Notes under the pieces: model-generated
Database searches by the model: none
Seen by the model: only the letters and a program-made list of their open reading frames with translations
What the model was told of the DNA's origin: nothing
Source of the DNA: Elusimicrobiota bacterium
GTDB lineage: Bacteria; Elusimicrobiota; Elusimicrobia; 2-02-FULL-39-32
NCBI GenBank assembly: GCA_016180425.1
Contig: JACPBF010000001.1
Coordinates: 453,447 to 517,446, forward strand
Length of the DNA: 64,000 bases
Direction of reading: 5' to 3'
In this document: one piece after another, positions 28,924 to 39,205 of the stretch
How positions within the stretch are numbered: the first letter of the stretch is position 1
How the letters are laid out: every line of letters begins with the position of its first letter
Position numbers and translations under genes: made by a program

Positions 28924-29429
28924 TTGAAGAACGCAGAAAAGATATCCGATTCCCTGTGATGCGCAATGTTGGGGAGCCCATTGTTCTCAAGGTTGCGATT
29001 GACCATAAAATTGTTTCTCTTCCCGGATTCATTTTAAATCTCTCTGCAGGCGGAATGAAAATTGTGACTCTGGGCAGTCAAGTGTCGCAATTAAAAGAAG
29101 GCGTCCCCTTTGACCTGGATTTAAAAATTCCACATCTTTCAACCCACCATATTGAAGGCAAAATCGTGCGCATTAAAAAAGGAGACAAAGCTAAACTGCG
29201 CCACTCCAATGATGAATGGTTCTTAGGTCTCCTCTTCACAAAAATTAAATCCACCGTGGCGCACGAGATTAACCGCATGGCAGAAGATTGGAGCTTGTGT
29301 GAAACAAAAATCCAAATGTCTTTGCCGGACATCTGTTTTCCTGAATGTTCTTATTGGGGCCTCTGTGAAAAAAACGTAAAACTTCCTGAAGAAAAAAATG
29401 CAAGGCAAAATAAAACTGCTCAGCGATGA
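28920..29429 (+). CDS. PilZ domain protein (putative c-di-GMP receptor) with Cys-rich C-terminus
   Basis: 169 aa with the PilZ motifs RRKDIRF and NLSAGGMKI. The C-terminus has a CxxxxxxxxxCxxCxxxxxC cluster. The gene overlaps both the mutS stop and the mutL start. Confidence 0.7.
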   Translation: MIEERRKDIRFPVMRNVGEPIVLKVAIDHKIVSLPGFILNLSAGGMKIVTLGSQVSQLKEGVPFDLDLKIPHLSTHHIEGKIVRIKKGDKAKLRHSNDEWFLGLLFTKIKSTVAHEINRMAEDWSLCETKIQMSLPDICFPECSYWGLCEKNVKLPEEKNARQNKTAQR

Positions 29430-31158
29430 CTGCATACAAAAAATTGCGGCTGGCGAGGTCATTGAACGTCCCAGTAATGTTGTTAAAGAACTTCTGGAAA
29501 ACTCAGCTGATGCAGGCAGTTCTACTATCTCTTTAGAAATCAAAGCAGCAGGAAAAGAGCTCATCCGCATTGCAGACAATGGTTGCGGCATCTTAAAAGA
29601 AGAAGTTCCATTAGCCCTTCAAAAACATAGCACATCTAAAATCCAGTCGCTTGAAGATCTTCAAACCTTAACTACTTTTGGCTTTAGAGGAGAAGCCCTG
29701 CCTTGCATCGCTTCTATTTCTAAGATGGAACTCATCACCCGTTCTAAGGAAGAGAACTCTGGCAGCCAAACAACTCTTGTAGGAGGAAAAATTATTGCTC
29801 AAAAAGAATGCGGCAGGTCCGAAGGAACCACCGTAGAAGTAAAAGAACTTTTTTTTAATACCCCAGCCCGCCTCAAATTTTTAAAATCCGACAGCGCTGA
29901 AAAAAATAAAATGTTGCGCACTTTTGAAGAAAGCGCGTTAAGCCATCCAGAGATCGCTTATGAACTTAAAAACGAGAACTCCTCTAAAGAGCTCCCGTCT
30001 CGCAAAGATTTAAAAGACCGAATCTTAGATTTATGGGGGGAACATTTAAAAATAGAGGATTTAATCCCCTTAAATTTAACCCATCCCTTTATCCAAATTA
30101 AAGGTTGGATTTCTAACCCGCAAAGCCATAAACCTACCAAATCTTATCAGATTTTCTATATCAATAAACGTCCGATTATTTCTCGAGCCTTAAATCATGC
30201 TCTCTATGAAGCTTATCGAGATTGTTTGCCTCAAGGCAGGCATCCTGTGGGCATCATTTCTATAACCATGGATCCGTCACAAGTAGATTTCAATGTGCAT
30301 CCTACAAAAAGGGAAGTAAAGTTCCGCAATGAATCCCAAATTTATGATCTTTTAATTAAAGAGATCCGTTTAAAACGAAGTTTAATTTCAACCACACCCT
30401 CTCTTTTTAAAAAAGAGTTGGGGGTCAATGATCTGCAAAGTTCATTCCAAACAAATCAAAATCATTTTGAAAATATTGAAACTTTTTCTGGAGCTCACCC
30501 CAACTTTAAAGAGTCCATTGGATTTTTAGAAAAACATAATTTCTCGGGCTCTGCCTCTGAAGCTGCCACATCCACACTCTTAATTAAACAACCAACAAAA
30601 GTTCTTGCTCAATTCCATTCCCTTTATATCTTAGCGGAGCAAGATCATCATCTTATTATTATAGACCAGCATGCTGCCGCAGAACGAATTTTATATGAAA
30701 AATTTAAGCAATGTTTATCTAAAGGGCTGCCTGTGCCTACTCAAGTTCTTTTACTCCCCTTGCTTTGGAATCTATCCTTGCCCCAAGCAGAGCTGGTTCG
30801 TGGAACATTAGAATCCTTGCGTAAATTGGGGTTCTTTATTGAGGAGTTTGGAGAAAAAACTTTTCGCATCCAAGAAGCTCCAGCCATGATCCCTGAATCA
30901 GAACTGCAAAAAAGCTTAGATGAAATTTTATCTTCTTTAGAAAAAGAGCAGGAACCAAACTATACCGTAGAAGAAAAAATAATGCATGCTGCCTGCCGCT
31001 CTGCCATTAAAGCGAATCAAACGCTTTCTCACCCAGAACTTTCCAAACTGCTTGCAGAGCTGGAACTCTGCGGCAACCGCCATACCTGCCCGCATGGAAG
31101 ACCCATTACCCTCACTATTTCTAAACAGGAGCTGGATAAAAAATTCGGCAGGACCTAA
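29398..31158 (+). CDS. mutL: DNA mismatch repair protein MutL
   Basis: 586 aa with the GHKL ATPase motifs IAAGEVIERPSNVVKELLENSADAG and DNGCGI. The C-terminal dimerisation domain is present. Confidence 0.93.
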   Translation: MQGKIKLLSDDCIQKIAAGEVIERPSNVVKELLENSADAGSSTISLEIKAAGKELIRIADNGCGILKEEVPLALQKHSTSKIQSLEDLQTLTTFGFRGEALPCIASISKMELITRSKEENSGSQTTLVGGKIIAQKECGRSEGTTVEVKELFFNTPARLKFLKSDSAEKNKMLRTFEESALSHPEIAYELKNENSSKELPSRKDLKDRILDLWGEHLKIEDLIPLNLTHPFIQIKGWISNPQSHKPTKSYQIFYINKRPIISRALNHALYEAYRDCLPQGRHPVGIISITMDPSQVDFNVHPTKREVKFRNESQIYDLLIKEIRLKRSLISTTPSLFKKELGVNDLQSSFQTNQNHFENIETFSGAHPNFKESIGFLEKHNFSGSASEAATSTLLIKQPTKVLAQFHSLYILAEQDHHLIIIDQHAAAERILYEKFKQCLSKGLPVPTQVLLLPLLWNLSLPQAELVRGTLESLRKLGFFIEEFGEKTFRIQEAPAMIPESELQKSLDEILSSLEKEQEPNYTVEEKIMHAACRSAIKANQTLSHPELSKLLAELELCGNRHTCPHGRPITLTISKQELDKKFGRT

Positions 31159-31181
31159 CCCTTGAAGGGTTTAACCCTCCC

Positions 31182-32102
31182 ATGGAAAAAAATAAAAGAG
31201 ACGTATTTGTTATCTTAGGACCCACAGGCTCTGGCAAAAGCGCTTGTGCTCTGGAGCTGGCAAAAAAAATAGATGGTGAAATCGTGAATGGAGATTCCCG
31301 TCAAATTTATAAAATTCTTTCCTATGGCACTTGTAAACCAAACCAAGAGCAGCAAGAATCTGTTGCACACCACCTTTATGACTTTTTAGAGCCTACCCAG
31401 CCTTACAATGCGGGCAGGTACGCAAAAGATGCGGAAAAAATTATTTTGGAAATTTTAAAAAGAGAAAAAAATCCAATAGTAGTAGGAGGCACAGGCCTCT
31501 ATATTTCAGCTCTTTTTGACGGGCTGGCAGAACTCCCTGAAAAAGATGAAGCTGTAAGAGCTTACTGGTTAAAAATTGCAAATGAACAGGGAAAAGAAAC
31601 CCTCCACAACTGTTTAAAAAAAAAAGATCCAGAAGCCGCGGAAAAAATTCCATACCAAAACATACAAAGAACCTTAAGGGCTTTAGAAGTTTTTAGCCTT
31701 ACAGGAAAAAAAATATCTTTTTTGCAAAAAGCTGCTCCTAAAAAAAATCCCATTTTTAATCCTTTATTTTACGGACTCTGGTGGGAAAAATCGGTTTTAA
31801 AAGAAAGGCTGCTTAAACGCACAAAAGAGATCCTGCCTGGCTTAATCCTAGAAACTGAATGGCTCAGCCAGCATGGTTTTAAGGGTCATGAGCCTGCTTT
31901 ACAAAGCTTAGGCTATCAACAAGCGATCCGTTACTTAAATAAAGAGATCGTCAAAGAGGATCTTCTAAATTCATTAGTTCTGGATACCCTCCACTATGCA
32001 AAAAGGCAAATGACTTATTTTAAACGGGATCATCGGATCCATTGGATCAAGATGGAAGAACCTTTTAACCCAAAGAGCGCTGCAGAGAAAATGGTAGTAT
32101 AA
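31182..32102 (+). CDS. miaA: tRNA dimethylallyltransferase
   Basis: 306 aa with the P-loop GPTGSGKS and the VGGTGLY motif. Confidence 0.9.
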   Translation: MEKNKRDVFVILGPTGSGKSACALELAKKIDGEIVNGDSRQIYKILSYGTCKPNQEQQESVAHHLYDFLEPTQPYNAGRYAKDAEKIILEILKREKNPIVVGGTGLYISALFDGLAELPEKDEAVRAYWLKIANEQGKETLHNCLKKKDPEAAEKIPYQNIQRTLRALEVFSLTGKKISFLQKAAPKKNPIFNPLFYGLWWEKSVLKERLLKRTKEILPGLILETEWLSQHGFKGHEPALQSLGYQQAIRYLNKEIVKEDLLNSLVLDTLHYAKRQMTYFKRDHRIHWIKMEEPFNPKSAAEKMVV

Positions 32103-32114
32103 AGTTATTCCTTC

Positions 32115-33398
32115 ATGGAAAAAGTTTTTCTTATCGGCCTTCATTTAAAATCACAAAATAAAAAATTGCGGGAATCCCTCCAATCGTTAGAAGAACTAGC
32201 CCGGCTTACAGAAACTGCCGGTGGATCGGTCGTGGGGCAAATGATGCTTTCCTTATCTAAAGTTCATGCCTCAACTTTTATCGGCAGTGGCAAGGTCAGT
32301 GAACTTGCCCAACTTTCTCAAAAAAAAGAATTTACAACCCTTATTTTTGATGAGGAATTAAAACCAGCGCAGCAAAAAAACCTTTCCGATTTTATCCCTG
32401 TAAAAATTTTAGACAGGACACGCCTTATCTTAGATATCTTTGCTAAAAGAGCGCGCACCAAAGAAGGCATCCTGCAGGTAGAGCTTGCTCAGCTCTCCTA
32501 TCATTTGCCCAGGATCACTGAAAGATATGGACGATTTGAACAACAAGTAGGAGGCATTGGCACTAGGGGCCCTGGAGAAAGAAAATTAGAGGTAGAGGCC
32601 CGTGTGATTCGGGATAAAATGGCAGGATTAAAAAAAGAATTGGAAAGGGTTAAACTGCATCGAGAAGTAGCCAGACAAAGAAGAGAAAGCGTGCCTTTTC
32701 CTATTGTAGCCCTGGTAGGCTATACCAATGCGGGAAAATCTACATTGCTCAATAAGCTGGTAGAAAGTGTCGGCTCCCCTAAAGAAGCGATTTATGCGGA
32801 CAATAAACTTTTTGCGACTTTAGATCCAACTACTCGCCGCATAAAACTACCTAGCGGGCGTTGGGCTCTTTTTACAGACACAGTGGGCTTTATTAAAAAA
32901 CTTCCGCATCATTTAATCGCGGCTTTTCGCTCTACTTTAGAAGAAGCCTTGAGCGCAGACATTCTCATTCATCTGGCGGACGCGAGCGATCCAGAAAAAA
33001 AGGAACATTCAAAAGTAGTTTTAGAAACTTTAAAAAGTTTACAGCCTGAAAATGAAACGCTCTTAGAAAAAATGATAGTGGTTTATAACAAAATAGATCG
33101 GATAGAAGGAGAGGAAAAAAGAATCTTGCTTGAAAATGGTCAAGAAATTTGGAATGCTATTCCTATTAGCGCTTTGAAAGGAGAAGGGATTCAAAAACTT
33201 CTTTTGGCTGTGGAAGATAAACTCTCTTTAAATCTATTTGAAACTGATCTTTATCTGCCATTTAAAAAATTCAGCCTACTCCCTTCTTTGTATAGGTTGG
33301 GAAAAGTAGAAAGTGTAAGACATCAAAAAAAAGGGATCCATTTGCATTTAAAATTAGAAAAATCTCATCTTCATAAGCTTCAACAACTGCTTGGCTAA
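32115..33398 (+). CDS. hflX: GTPase HflX
   Basis: 427 aa with the HflX N-domain, then the G-domain ([19 protein letters not shown]). Confidence 0.9.
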   Translation: MEKVFLIGLHLKSQNKKLRESLQSLEELARLTETAGGSVVGQMMLSLSKVHASTFIGSGKVSELAQLSQKKEFTTLIFDEELKPAQQKNLSDFIPVKILDRTRLILDIFAKRARTKEGILQVELAQLSYHLPRITERYGRFEQQVGGIGTRGPGERKLEVEARVIRDKMAGLKKELERVKLHREVARQRRESVPFPIVALVGYTNAGKSTLLNKLVESVGSPKEAIYADNKLFATLDPTTRRIKLPSGRWALFTDTVGFIKKLPHHLIAAFRSTLEEALSADILIHLADASDPEKKEHSKVVLETLKSLQPENETLLEKMIVVYNKIDRIEGEEKRILLENGQEIWNAIPISALKGEGIQKLLLAVEDKLSLNLFETDLYLPFKKFSLLPSLYRLGKVESVRHQKKGIHLHLKLEKSHLHKLQQLLG

Positions 33399-33410
33399 AA
33401 AAATAATAAC

Positions 33411-33950
33411 ATGACTCTAGCGAACCGAATTACCATCCTGCGCATTGTCTTAATCCCAATTTTTGTGGTGCTTTATTTGCAAAAAAGCAAATTCCCTGTA
33501 TTGGAAAATTGGACTTTAGCTGTTTTTTCTTTTGCTATTCTAACGGATTGGCTGGATGGAATTGCAGCCAGAACAAAAAAACAAAAAACTCAGCTGGGAA
33601 GTTTTCTAGACCCTTTGGCGGATAAACTGCTTCTTACCGCCACTTTTATTTTATTGGTTTATAGCGGAAAAATTGATCTTTGGGTTTTTGTAACTATTTT
33701 TTCCAGAGATTTATTGATTGTTCTTGGCTGGGTTATTATTTACATTCTAACCTCTTCATCTGAAATCGCTCCGCGCATGTTGGGAAAAATTTCCACTGGA
33801 TTACAGATGGTCTCTAGCATCATGCTCTTATTTCCTTTGCCAGATCAGTTTGCCAGCTGGACAGTTCGGGCCATGGTTAGCTTTACGGTTATTTCCGCCA
33901 TTGACTATATCTGGGTTGGCTCTAAACGGCTGGATCTTATCCCTAAATGA
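33411..33950 (+). CDS. pgsA: CDP-alcohol phosphatidyltransferase (PgsA-like)
   Basis: 179 aa with the DWLDGIAAR...LDPLADK motif. Confidence 0.7.
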   Translation: MTLANRITILRIVLIPIFVVLYLQKSKFPVLENWTLAVFSFAILTDWLDGIAARTKKQKTQLGSFLDPLADKLLLTATFILLVYSGKIDLWVFVTIFSRDLLIVLGWVIIYILTSSSEIAPRMLGKISTGLQMVSSIMLLFPLPDQFASWTVRAMVSFTVISAIDYIWVGSKRLDLIPK

Positions 33951-34546
33951 AAACTTTTCCCTTTTGGATTTTTTTTAGTTATCTTTGCGGAGCCATGCCC
34001 ACAGCTTATTTGATGGGAAAATTTCTTAAAGGAATTGACATCAGGCAGCATGGTTCTGGCAATCCGGGCGCAACCAATGTGTTTAGAGTGGTTGGAAAAA
34101 CTGCTGGAATCATTACGCTTTTAGTGGATGGCTTAAAAGGTTTTTTACCAGTGGCTCTTGCCTTAAAATTTTTTCCGGAGAATCTTGCTTTTGTCATTGG
34201 CATAGGTTTAGCGGCCATTCTAGGCCACAATTGGACCATCTTTTTAAAATTTAAAGGGGGAAAGGGGGTAGCGACCTCTTGCGGCGTATTTCTGGCTCTC
34301 CTTCCCATCCCAACCCTTATTTCCCTGATTTTTTTCACTTTGGGATTACTTTTAACCGGTCATGTTTCTTTAGGTTCCATGTTTGGAGCCTCTAGCCTTG
34401 TGATGAGTTCATGGATCCTAGATTACCCAAAAATTTTAACTTTTTTTTCTCTATTTTGCTCTCTTTTAATTTTCTATTTGCACAAAAAAAATATCCAAAG
34501 AATCATCCAAGGCCAAGAGCCAAAAATATCCATATTCCATGACTAA
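33947..34546 (+). CDS. plsY: Glycerol-3-phosphate acyltransferase PlsY
   Basis: 199 aa with HGSGNPGATNVFR. Confidence 0.9.
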   Translation: MKTFPFWIFFSYLCGAMPTAYLMGKFLKGIDIRQHGSGNPGATNVFRVVGKTAGIITLLVDGLKGFLPVALALKFFPENLAFVIGIGLAAILGHNWTIFLKFKGGKGVATSCGVFLALLPIPTLISLIFFTLGLLLTGHVSLGSMFGASSLVMSSWILDYPKILTFFSLFCSLLIFYLHKKNIQRIIQGQEPKISIFHD

Positions 34547-35567
34547 AACAAATCCTAAAATCTGCGTATTAGGAGGCGGGTCCTGGGGAGCCACCATCGC
34601 CTCGCACCTGGCTAAAAAGGAATATTCCGTTCATCTCTGGGAATTTATGGATTCGCAAGTAGAGGAGATGAAAAAAAATAGGACGCTCCCTTTTCTTAAA
34701 CAACTGCATATACCTCAGTCTCTATTGATTAGTTCAAACATGGAGGAAGCCTTGCAAGGAACTTCCATCATCTTCTCTGTGGTTCCTTCCCAGTTTGTCC
34801 GTTCCACCTGGAAAAAAGCTAAACCTTTTATATCAGAGTTAGAGCTGGTGGCCAGCTTTTCTAAAGGAATTGAAACCGACACATTAAAAAGAATGACTGA
34901 AGTAATTGTAGAAGAATGCCCTGAAGCCTCTGAAAAAATCGCAGCGGTCTCTGGGCCAAGCCACGCGGAAGAGGTGGCGATTGGCATTCCCACCGCAATT
35001 GTAGCCGCCTCCAAACATAAAGCTATTGCTGAAAGTACGCAAAATCTTTTATCTACCTCTAATTTAAGAATTTATACGAATCCGGATGTGGTTGGAATTG
35101 AGCTTTCCGGAGCTTTAAAAAATATCTTTGCGATCGCTTGCGGCGCTTGCGATGGACTTCATTTAGGGGACAACACCAAATCTGCCTTGATTACCCGAGG
35201 TTTAAATGAAATGTCTAAATTGGGGGAAAAAATGAGAGCCAAAGAAACTACTTTTTTTGGTTTGGCTGGAATGGGAGATTTGGTTGTGACCTGTCTTTCC
35301 CAGCATTCCCGCAATCGTCTTTTAGGAGAAAAAATTGGGATTGGCAAATCAGTTAAAGAAGCTTTAAAGGAAATGACCATGGTGGCAGAAGGTTACCCAA
35401 CGGCAAAATCCGCATACCAGTTGGTAAAAAAATATAATTCAGATTGTCCCATACTCATGGAAATCTACCAGGTTCTTTATGAAGGTAAAAATATTAAAGA
35501 CTCCATGCATGATCTTCTGGCAAGACCAGCGCATGGGGAAATAGAAAATATGCAGTGGAACCTGTAA
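34539..35567 (+). CDS. gpsA: NAD(P)H-dependent glycerol-3-phosphate dehydrogenase
   Basis: 342 aa with the N-terminal GGGSWG Rossmann motif and the GALKN and GLAGMGDL motifs. Confidence 0.9.
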   Translation: MTKTNPKICVLGGGSWGATIASHLAKKEYSVHLWEFMDSQVEEMKKNRTLPFLKQLHIPQSLLISSNMEEALQGTSIIFSVVPSQFVRSTWKKAKPFISELELVASFSKGIETDTLKRMTEVIVEECPEASEKIAAVSGPSHAEEVAIGIPTAIVAASKHKAIAESTQNLLSTSNLRIYTNPDVVGIELSGALKNIFAIACGACDGLHLGDNTKSALITRGLNEMSKLGEKMRAKETTFFGLAGMGDLVVTCLSQHSRNRLLGEKIGIGKSVKEALKEMTMVAEGYPTAKSAYQLVKKYNSDCPILMEIYQVLYEGKNIKDSMHDLLARPAHGEIENMQWNL

Positions 35568-35827
35568 TGAAAAAACAAGATTTTATTAAAGAATTAACCT
35601 CTGTATTGGGCCAAAGAAGAGATGCGGAAATCGCGGTTACAAAATTCCTAAAAACAATTAGAGACTCTCTAAAAAAGGGAGAGAAAGTGGTCTTGACTGG
35701 GATCGGGAGTCTTTATCCAAAACTGCGCAAAGCGCAAAAAAGGCACAATCCAAAAACCATGCAGCCTGTGGAAGTTCCTCCGAAAAGAACTGTGAGATTC
35801 GTCGCATCCGAAGAATTATTTCATTGA
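35567..35827 (+). CDS. hup: HU/IHF-family DNA-binding protein
   Basis: The ATG overlaps the gpsA TAA (TAATG). MKKQDFIKELT...GIGSLYPKLRKAQKRHNPKT...VRFVASEEL matches the HU fold. Confidence 0.85.
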   Translation: MKKQDFIKELTSVLGQRRDAEIAVTKFLKTIRDSLKKGEKVVLTGIGSLYPKLRKAQKRHNPKTMQPVEVPPKRTVRFVASEELFH

Positions 35828-35860
35828 CTTTTAGCTCTTGATTTGATTCAATAATCGCCC

Positions 35861-36208
35861 ATGAATCTCCCGGAAAAAGAGTATTTTTCTATTGGAGAAG
35901 CAAGCGAGATTACCAAAGTTCCCTCATATGTTTTGCGCTATTGGGAAAATGAATTTAAAATCTTACGGCCTTCCAGAAGGGAATCTGGCCATAGAAAATA
36001 TAACCATAAAGACATAGAAAATATTTTAAAAGTTAAAGAACTGTTGCAGAATAAAGGATTTACCATTTCCGGCGCAAAAAAATTTTTAATTCAAGAGAAT
36101 AGAAAAAACCCTGAGCAGATGAAAATGGAACTAACGGATAACGGAGCTGCTCTGGAACTCTTAAAAGAAACCAAGACGGCTTTAGAAGATTTAATCAAAA
36201 TTCTTTGA
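35861..36208 (+). CDS. MerR-family transcriptional regulator
   Basis: 115 aa with the N-terminal HTH YFSIGEASEITKVPSYVLRYWENEF. Confidence 0.8.
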   Translation: MNLPEKEYFSIGEASEITKVPSYVLRYWENEFKILRPSRRESGHRKYNHKDIENILKVKELLQNKGFTISGAKKFLIQENRKNPEQMKMELTDNGAALELLKETKTALEDLIKIL

Positions 36209-36214
36209 TCCAGA

Positions 36215-36285
36215 CGGGGTGTAGTATAATGGCAGTACGCGCCCTTGGGGTGGGTGTAGCCCGAGTTCGATTCTCGGCACCCCGA
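36215..36285 (+). tRNA. tRNA-Pro (anticodon GGG)
   Basis: Cloverleaf with acceptor CGGGGTG/CACCCCG and T-arm CCGAG-TTCGATT-CTCGG. The anticodon loop TTGGGGT reads GGG. CCA is not encoded. Confidence 0.85.
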
Positions 36286-36291
36286 TAAAAA

Positions 36292-37467
36292 ATGAATCCC
36301 AGTTTTGAGAACCAGGAACAGATTCTTTTTCTCTACGCTTCCCCAAACAGCGGACATAAATCTTGCGCAGAGGCAGTAAGAAAAGTCCTAAATAACTGCT
36401 ATCCTTCCTCTGTCTATTCCATAGGGATTGATACGATTACCCACCTCTACCCCATCTTAGGTTCAGTGGTTGCAAAAACTTATTTAGAAATTTTGCGCCA
36501 TACTCCCCAGCTTTGGAATTTTCTCTACGATAACCCTGATGTGGAAGAACTCACCCGAGAAATCAGGCAAATCTTTAGTTTTTTTAATGGGCAAAAACTT
36601 AGATCCCTTTTAGAAGAATACAGCCCAACCGCTTTAGTCTGTACTCATGCAGTGCCTTGCAGCGTGATTGCGGAACAGAAAAAAAGAGGCAATTGCACTC
36701 TCCCTCTAATCGGCATTATTACAGATTATGCGATTCACTCTTATTGGCTTCACTCCCATGTAGATCTTTATATTGTGGCTAATCAGGAATCCGCTAACAC
36801 CCTTAAGATGAAAGGCATAGAAAAAAATAAAATCAAAGTTTGTGGAATCCCGGTAGATCCTTGCTTTAACAAAAAAATCCTCAAGAGCGAAGCCTGCAAA
36901 AAACTCTTGCTAGACCCTGCCAAAAATACCCTGTTAGTCATGGGGGGCACCCATGGGTGGGGACCCATCAGAGAAATCGTTGAGGAACTTGCTTCCCTAA
37001 AAGGACCTTGGCAAATTTTAGTTGTTACAGGAGCGAATAAAGATTTGGAAAAAGAACTTGCTTTTACTCAAACTTTTAAAAATATAAAAATTTTTGGTTT
37101 TTCAAATGAGATTTCATTGTTGATGGATGCCAGCGATCTTCTGATCACAAAACCAGGCGGCATCACCCTTTCCGAATCTTTGATCAAAGAATTGCCCATG
37201 ATTTTAGTAAACCCTATTCCCGGACAGGAAGAAAGAAATGCGTCCTACCTAGTTTCTCATCAAGCTGCTTTGCAAATTAAGAATATTAAAGAATTAAAAG
37301 AATGCGTTAAAAAATTATTTTCTCAACCGGAAGAATTAAAAAAACTAAAAGAAAAAATCAACGCTATCAGAACGCCGGATGCGGCCCAAAAATCTGCAGA
37401 AGAGATCATACATTTTTTGAATATCTGGAATCAAAAGAAAAAATTAAAAAAAACTATTTTAACCTGA
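36292..37467 (+). CDS. MGDG-synthase-like glycosyltransferase (GT28; diacylglycerol glycosyltransferase family)
   Basis: 391 aa with N- and C-terminal MGDG-synthase / GT28 domain patterns (LLVMGGTHGWGPIRE...). Confidence 0.7.
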   Translation: MNPSFENQEQILFLYASPNSGHKSCAEAVRKVLNNCYPSSVYSIGIDTITHLYPILGSVVAKTYLEILRHTPQLWNFLYDNPDVEELTREIRQIFSFFNGQKLRSLLEEYSPTALVCTHAVPCSVIAEQKKRGNCTLPLIGIITDYAIHSYWLHSHVDLYIVANQESANTLKMKGIEKNKIKVCGIPVDPCFNKKILKSEACKKLLLDPAKNTLLVMGGTHGWGPIREIVEELASLKGPWQILVVTGANKDLEKELAFTQTFKNIKIFGFSNEISLLMDASDLLITKPGGITLSESLIKELPMILVNPIPGQEERNASYLVSHQAALQIKNIKELKECVKKLFSQPEELKKLKEKINAIRTPDAAQKSAEEIIHFLNIWNQKKKLKKTILT

Positions 37468-37736
37468 TGAGACTTAAACTACGGATATCCGGGTCCGTGC
37501 AAGGTGTGGGCTATCGTTTTTTTGCGCAGGGTCTTGCTCGACGGCAGGATTTGACAGGATGGGTAAGAAATTGCTCAAATGGTGATGTAGAAACCGAAGC
37601 GCAGGGGCAAAAGGAACATCTGGAAAATTTTATCTTACAGTTAGAAAAAGGCCATCCTTGGGCTCAAGTGTCAAAAATAATAAGAGAACCGCTTCCGGAA
37701 AAAAATTCAGAGAAAGGTTTTGAAATTCGCTTTTAA
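37467..37736 (+). CDS. Acylphosphatase
   Basis: 89 aa with the motifs SGSVQGVGYRF and GWVRNCSNGDVE. Confidence 0.85.
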   Translation: MRLKLRISGSVQGVGYRFFAQGLARRQDLTGWVRNCSNGDVETEAQGQKEHLENFILQLEKGHPWAQVSKIIREPLPEKNSEKGFEIRF

Positions 37737-38655
37737 AATGACAGAAAATCTAGATCCCATATCCTTATACTTTAAAGATATTAGAAAATCCTCTCCTCTA
37801 AGTCATCTGGAATTTTTAAAACTGTGGAAAATTTTTAAAACAGGTGAGAAAACCAGAAAAAAGCTAGAAAAAATAAAAAATCGCATTGGCGCAAAAAAGA
37901 AAAAAGAACTGCAAAATATAATTTTTCTGGGTGAAGAGGCAAAAGCCCAGCTAGTGGTAGGGAACTTGCGCTTGGTGGTACCCACTGCAAAACGTTATTT
38001 TCGTCCGGGTTTAGATTTTATTGACCTGATTGAAGAGGGAAACATAGGTTTAATGCACGCGCTTAAAAAATTCGATGAAAAAAAAGGATTTAGATTTTCC
38101 ACTTATGCATCCTATTGGATAGACCAAGCCATAAGAAGATCCATAGAATATCAATCCAAAACCATTCGTATTCCTCCACATGCCTGGGAAGCTTTAAGAA
38201 AATGGTATAGGGAATGGGAGAGTTTGTCAGCGCAGCTGGGCAGAAACCCAACTCTTACGGAAATGGCTCATCGCTTAAACCTCACAGCCAGACAAGTTAA
38301 AGGAGTCATGGATGCTGTGGAAGCTTCCAGGGGCATTGGATCATTGGATGTTAGTTTGGATGAAGATGATGATCTCGCTTTAAAAGATATTATTTCTGAT
38401 CAGGAAAGCCGCCAGCCAGATCAAGTTTTTTCTGTGCTAAAACTGCACGATGAGATGGAAGCCGCGCTTTCCAAACTGCCAAAAAGAGAAAGAGAGGTTC
38501 TGGCTCTTCGGTTTGGGATGGATGGCCAAGAATCTTTAACTTTAGATGAAGTAGGAAAAAAATTTAAGGTCTCAAGAGAAAGAATCAGACAAATTCAAGA
38601 AAGGGGGTTAAGCCACTTAAAACAGATTGCCCAAAGAATGGGACTAAGCTTATAA
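37720..38655 (+). CDS. RNA polymerase sigma factor, sigma-70 family (regions 1.2-4; RpoD/RpoS-like)
   Basis: 311 aa. Region 2 reads DLIEEGNIGLMHALKKFD...FSTYASYWI. Region 4 contains the HTH LTLDEVGKKFKVSRERIRQI. Confidence 0.85.
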   Translation: MKFAFKMTENLDPISLYFKDIRKSSPLSHLEFLKLWKIFKTGEKTRKKLEKIKNRIGAKKKKELQNIIFLGEEAKAQLVVGNLRLVVPTAKRYFRPGLDFIDLIEEGNIGLMHALKKFDEKKGFRFSTYASYWIDQAIRRSIEYQSKTIRIPPHAWEALRKWYREWESLSAQLGRNPTLTEMAHRLNLTARQVKGVMDAVEASRGIGSLDVSLDEDDDLALKDIISDQESRQPDQVFSVLKLHDEMEAALSKLPKREREVLALRFGMDGQESLTLDEVGKKFKVSRERIRQIQERGLSHLKQIAQRMGLSL

Positions 38656-38667
38656 GAAGGAGAGAAC

Positions 38668-39192
38668 ATGAGTGAAATCGCTGATTTAAAAACTGTTATT
38701 CGAGATGTGCCGGATTTTCCAAAAAAGGGGATACTTTTTAAAGACATTACAACGCTTTTGGCTAGACCAGACATTTTCAAAAAAGTTATTGATCAAATTG
38801 CAGACCACTTCCAGCAAAAAAAAGTTGAAAAAGTGATGGGCATTGAGTCTCGGGGGTTTATCTTTGGCGCGCCCATTGCTTATAAATTAAATGCAGGCAT
38901 AGTTCCCATCCGAAAAAAAGGAAAACTCCCTTACAAAACAGTTTCCGCCACCTATGCTTTGGAATATGGAACAGACACTTTGGAAATGCATGAAGATGCG
39001 ATCAGCAAAGGAACGCGCGTTTTAATTGTGGATGATCTTCTAGCCACAGGAGGCACTGCAAAAGCCACAGCAGAATTGGTAAAAAAATGCGGCGGCGAAA
39101 TTGTAGGTTTTGCCTTTTTAATTGAATTAGAATTTTTAAAAGGAAGACAAAACTTAAACGGTTACGACATTTTATCCTTAATTAAATACTAA
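38668..39192 (+). CDS. apt: Adenine phosphoribosyltransferase
   Basis: 174 aa with the PRPP-binding motif VLIVDDLLATGGT. Confidence 0.9.
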   Translation: MSEIADLKTVIRDVPDFPKKGILFKDITTLLARPDIFKKVIDQIADHFQQKKVEKVMGIESRGFIFGAPIAYKLNAGIVPIRKKGKLPYKTVSATYALEYGTDTLEMHEDAISKGTRVLIVDDLLATGGTAKATAELVKKCGGEIVGFAFLIELEFLKGRQNLNGYDILSLIKY

Positions 39193-39205
39193 ATTTTAAA
39201 CTGCT

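Noticed and set aside
36091-36357. 88-aa minus-strand ORF
   Set aside because: It runs antisense through tRNA-Pro and the start of the GT28 gene, so it is spurious. Likewise 39253-39459 overlaps tRNA-Arg.
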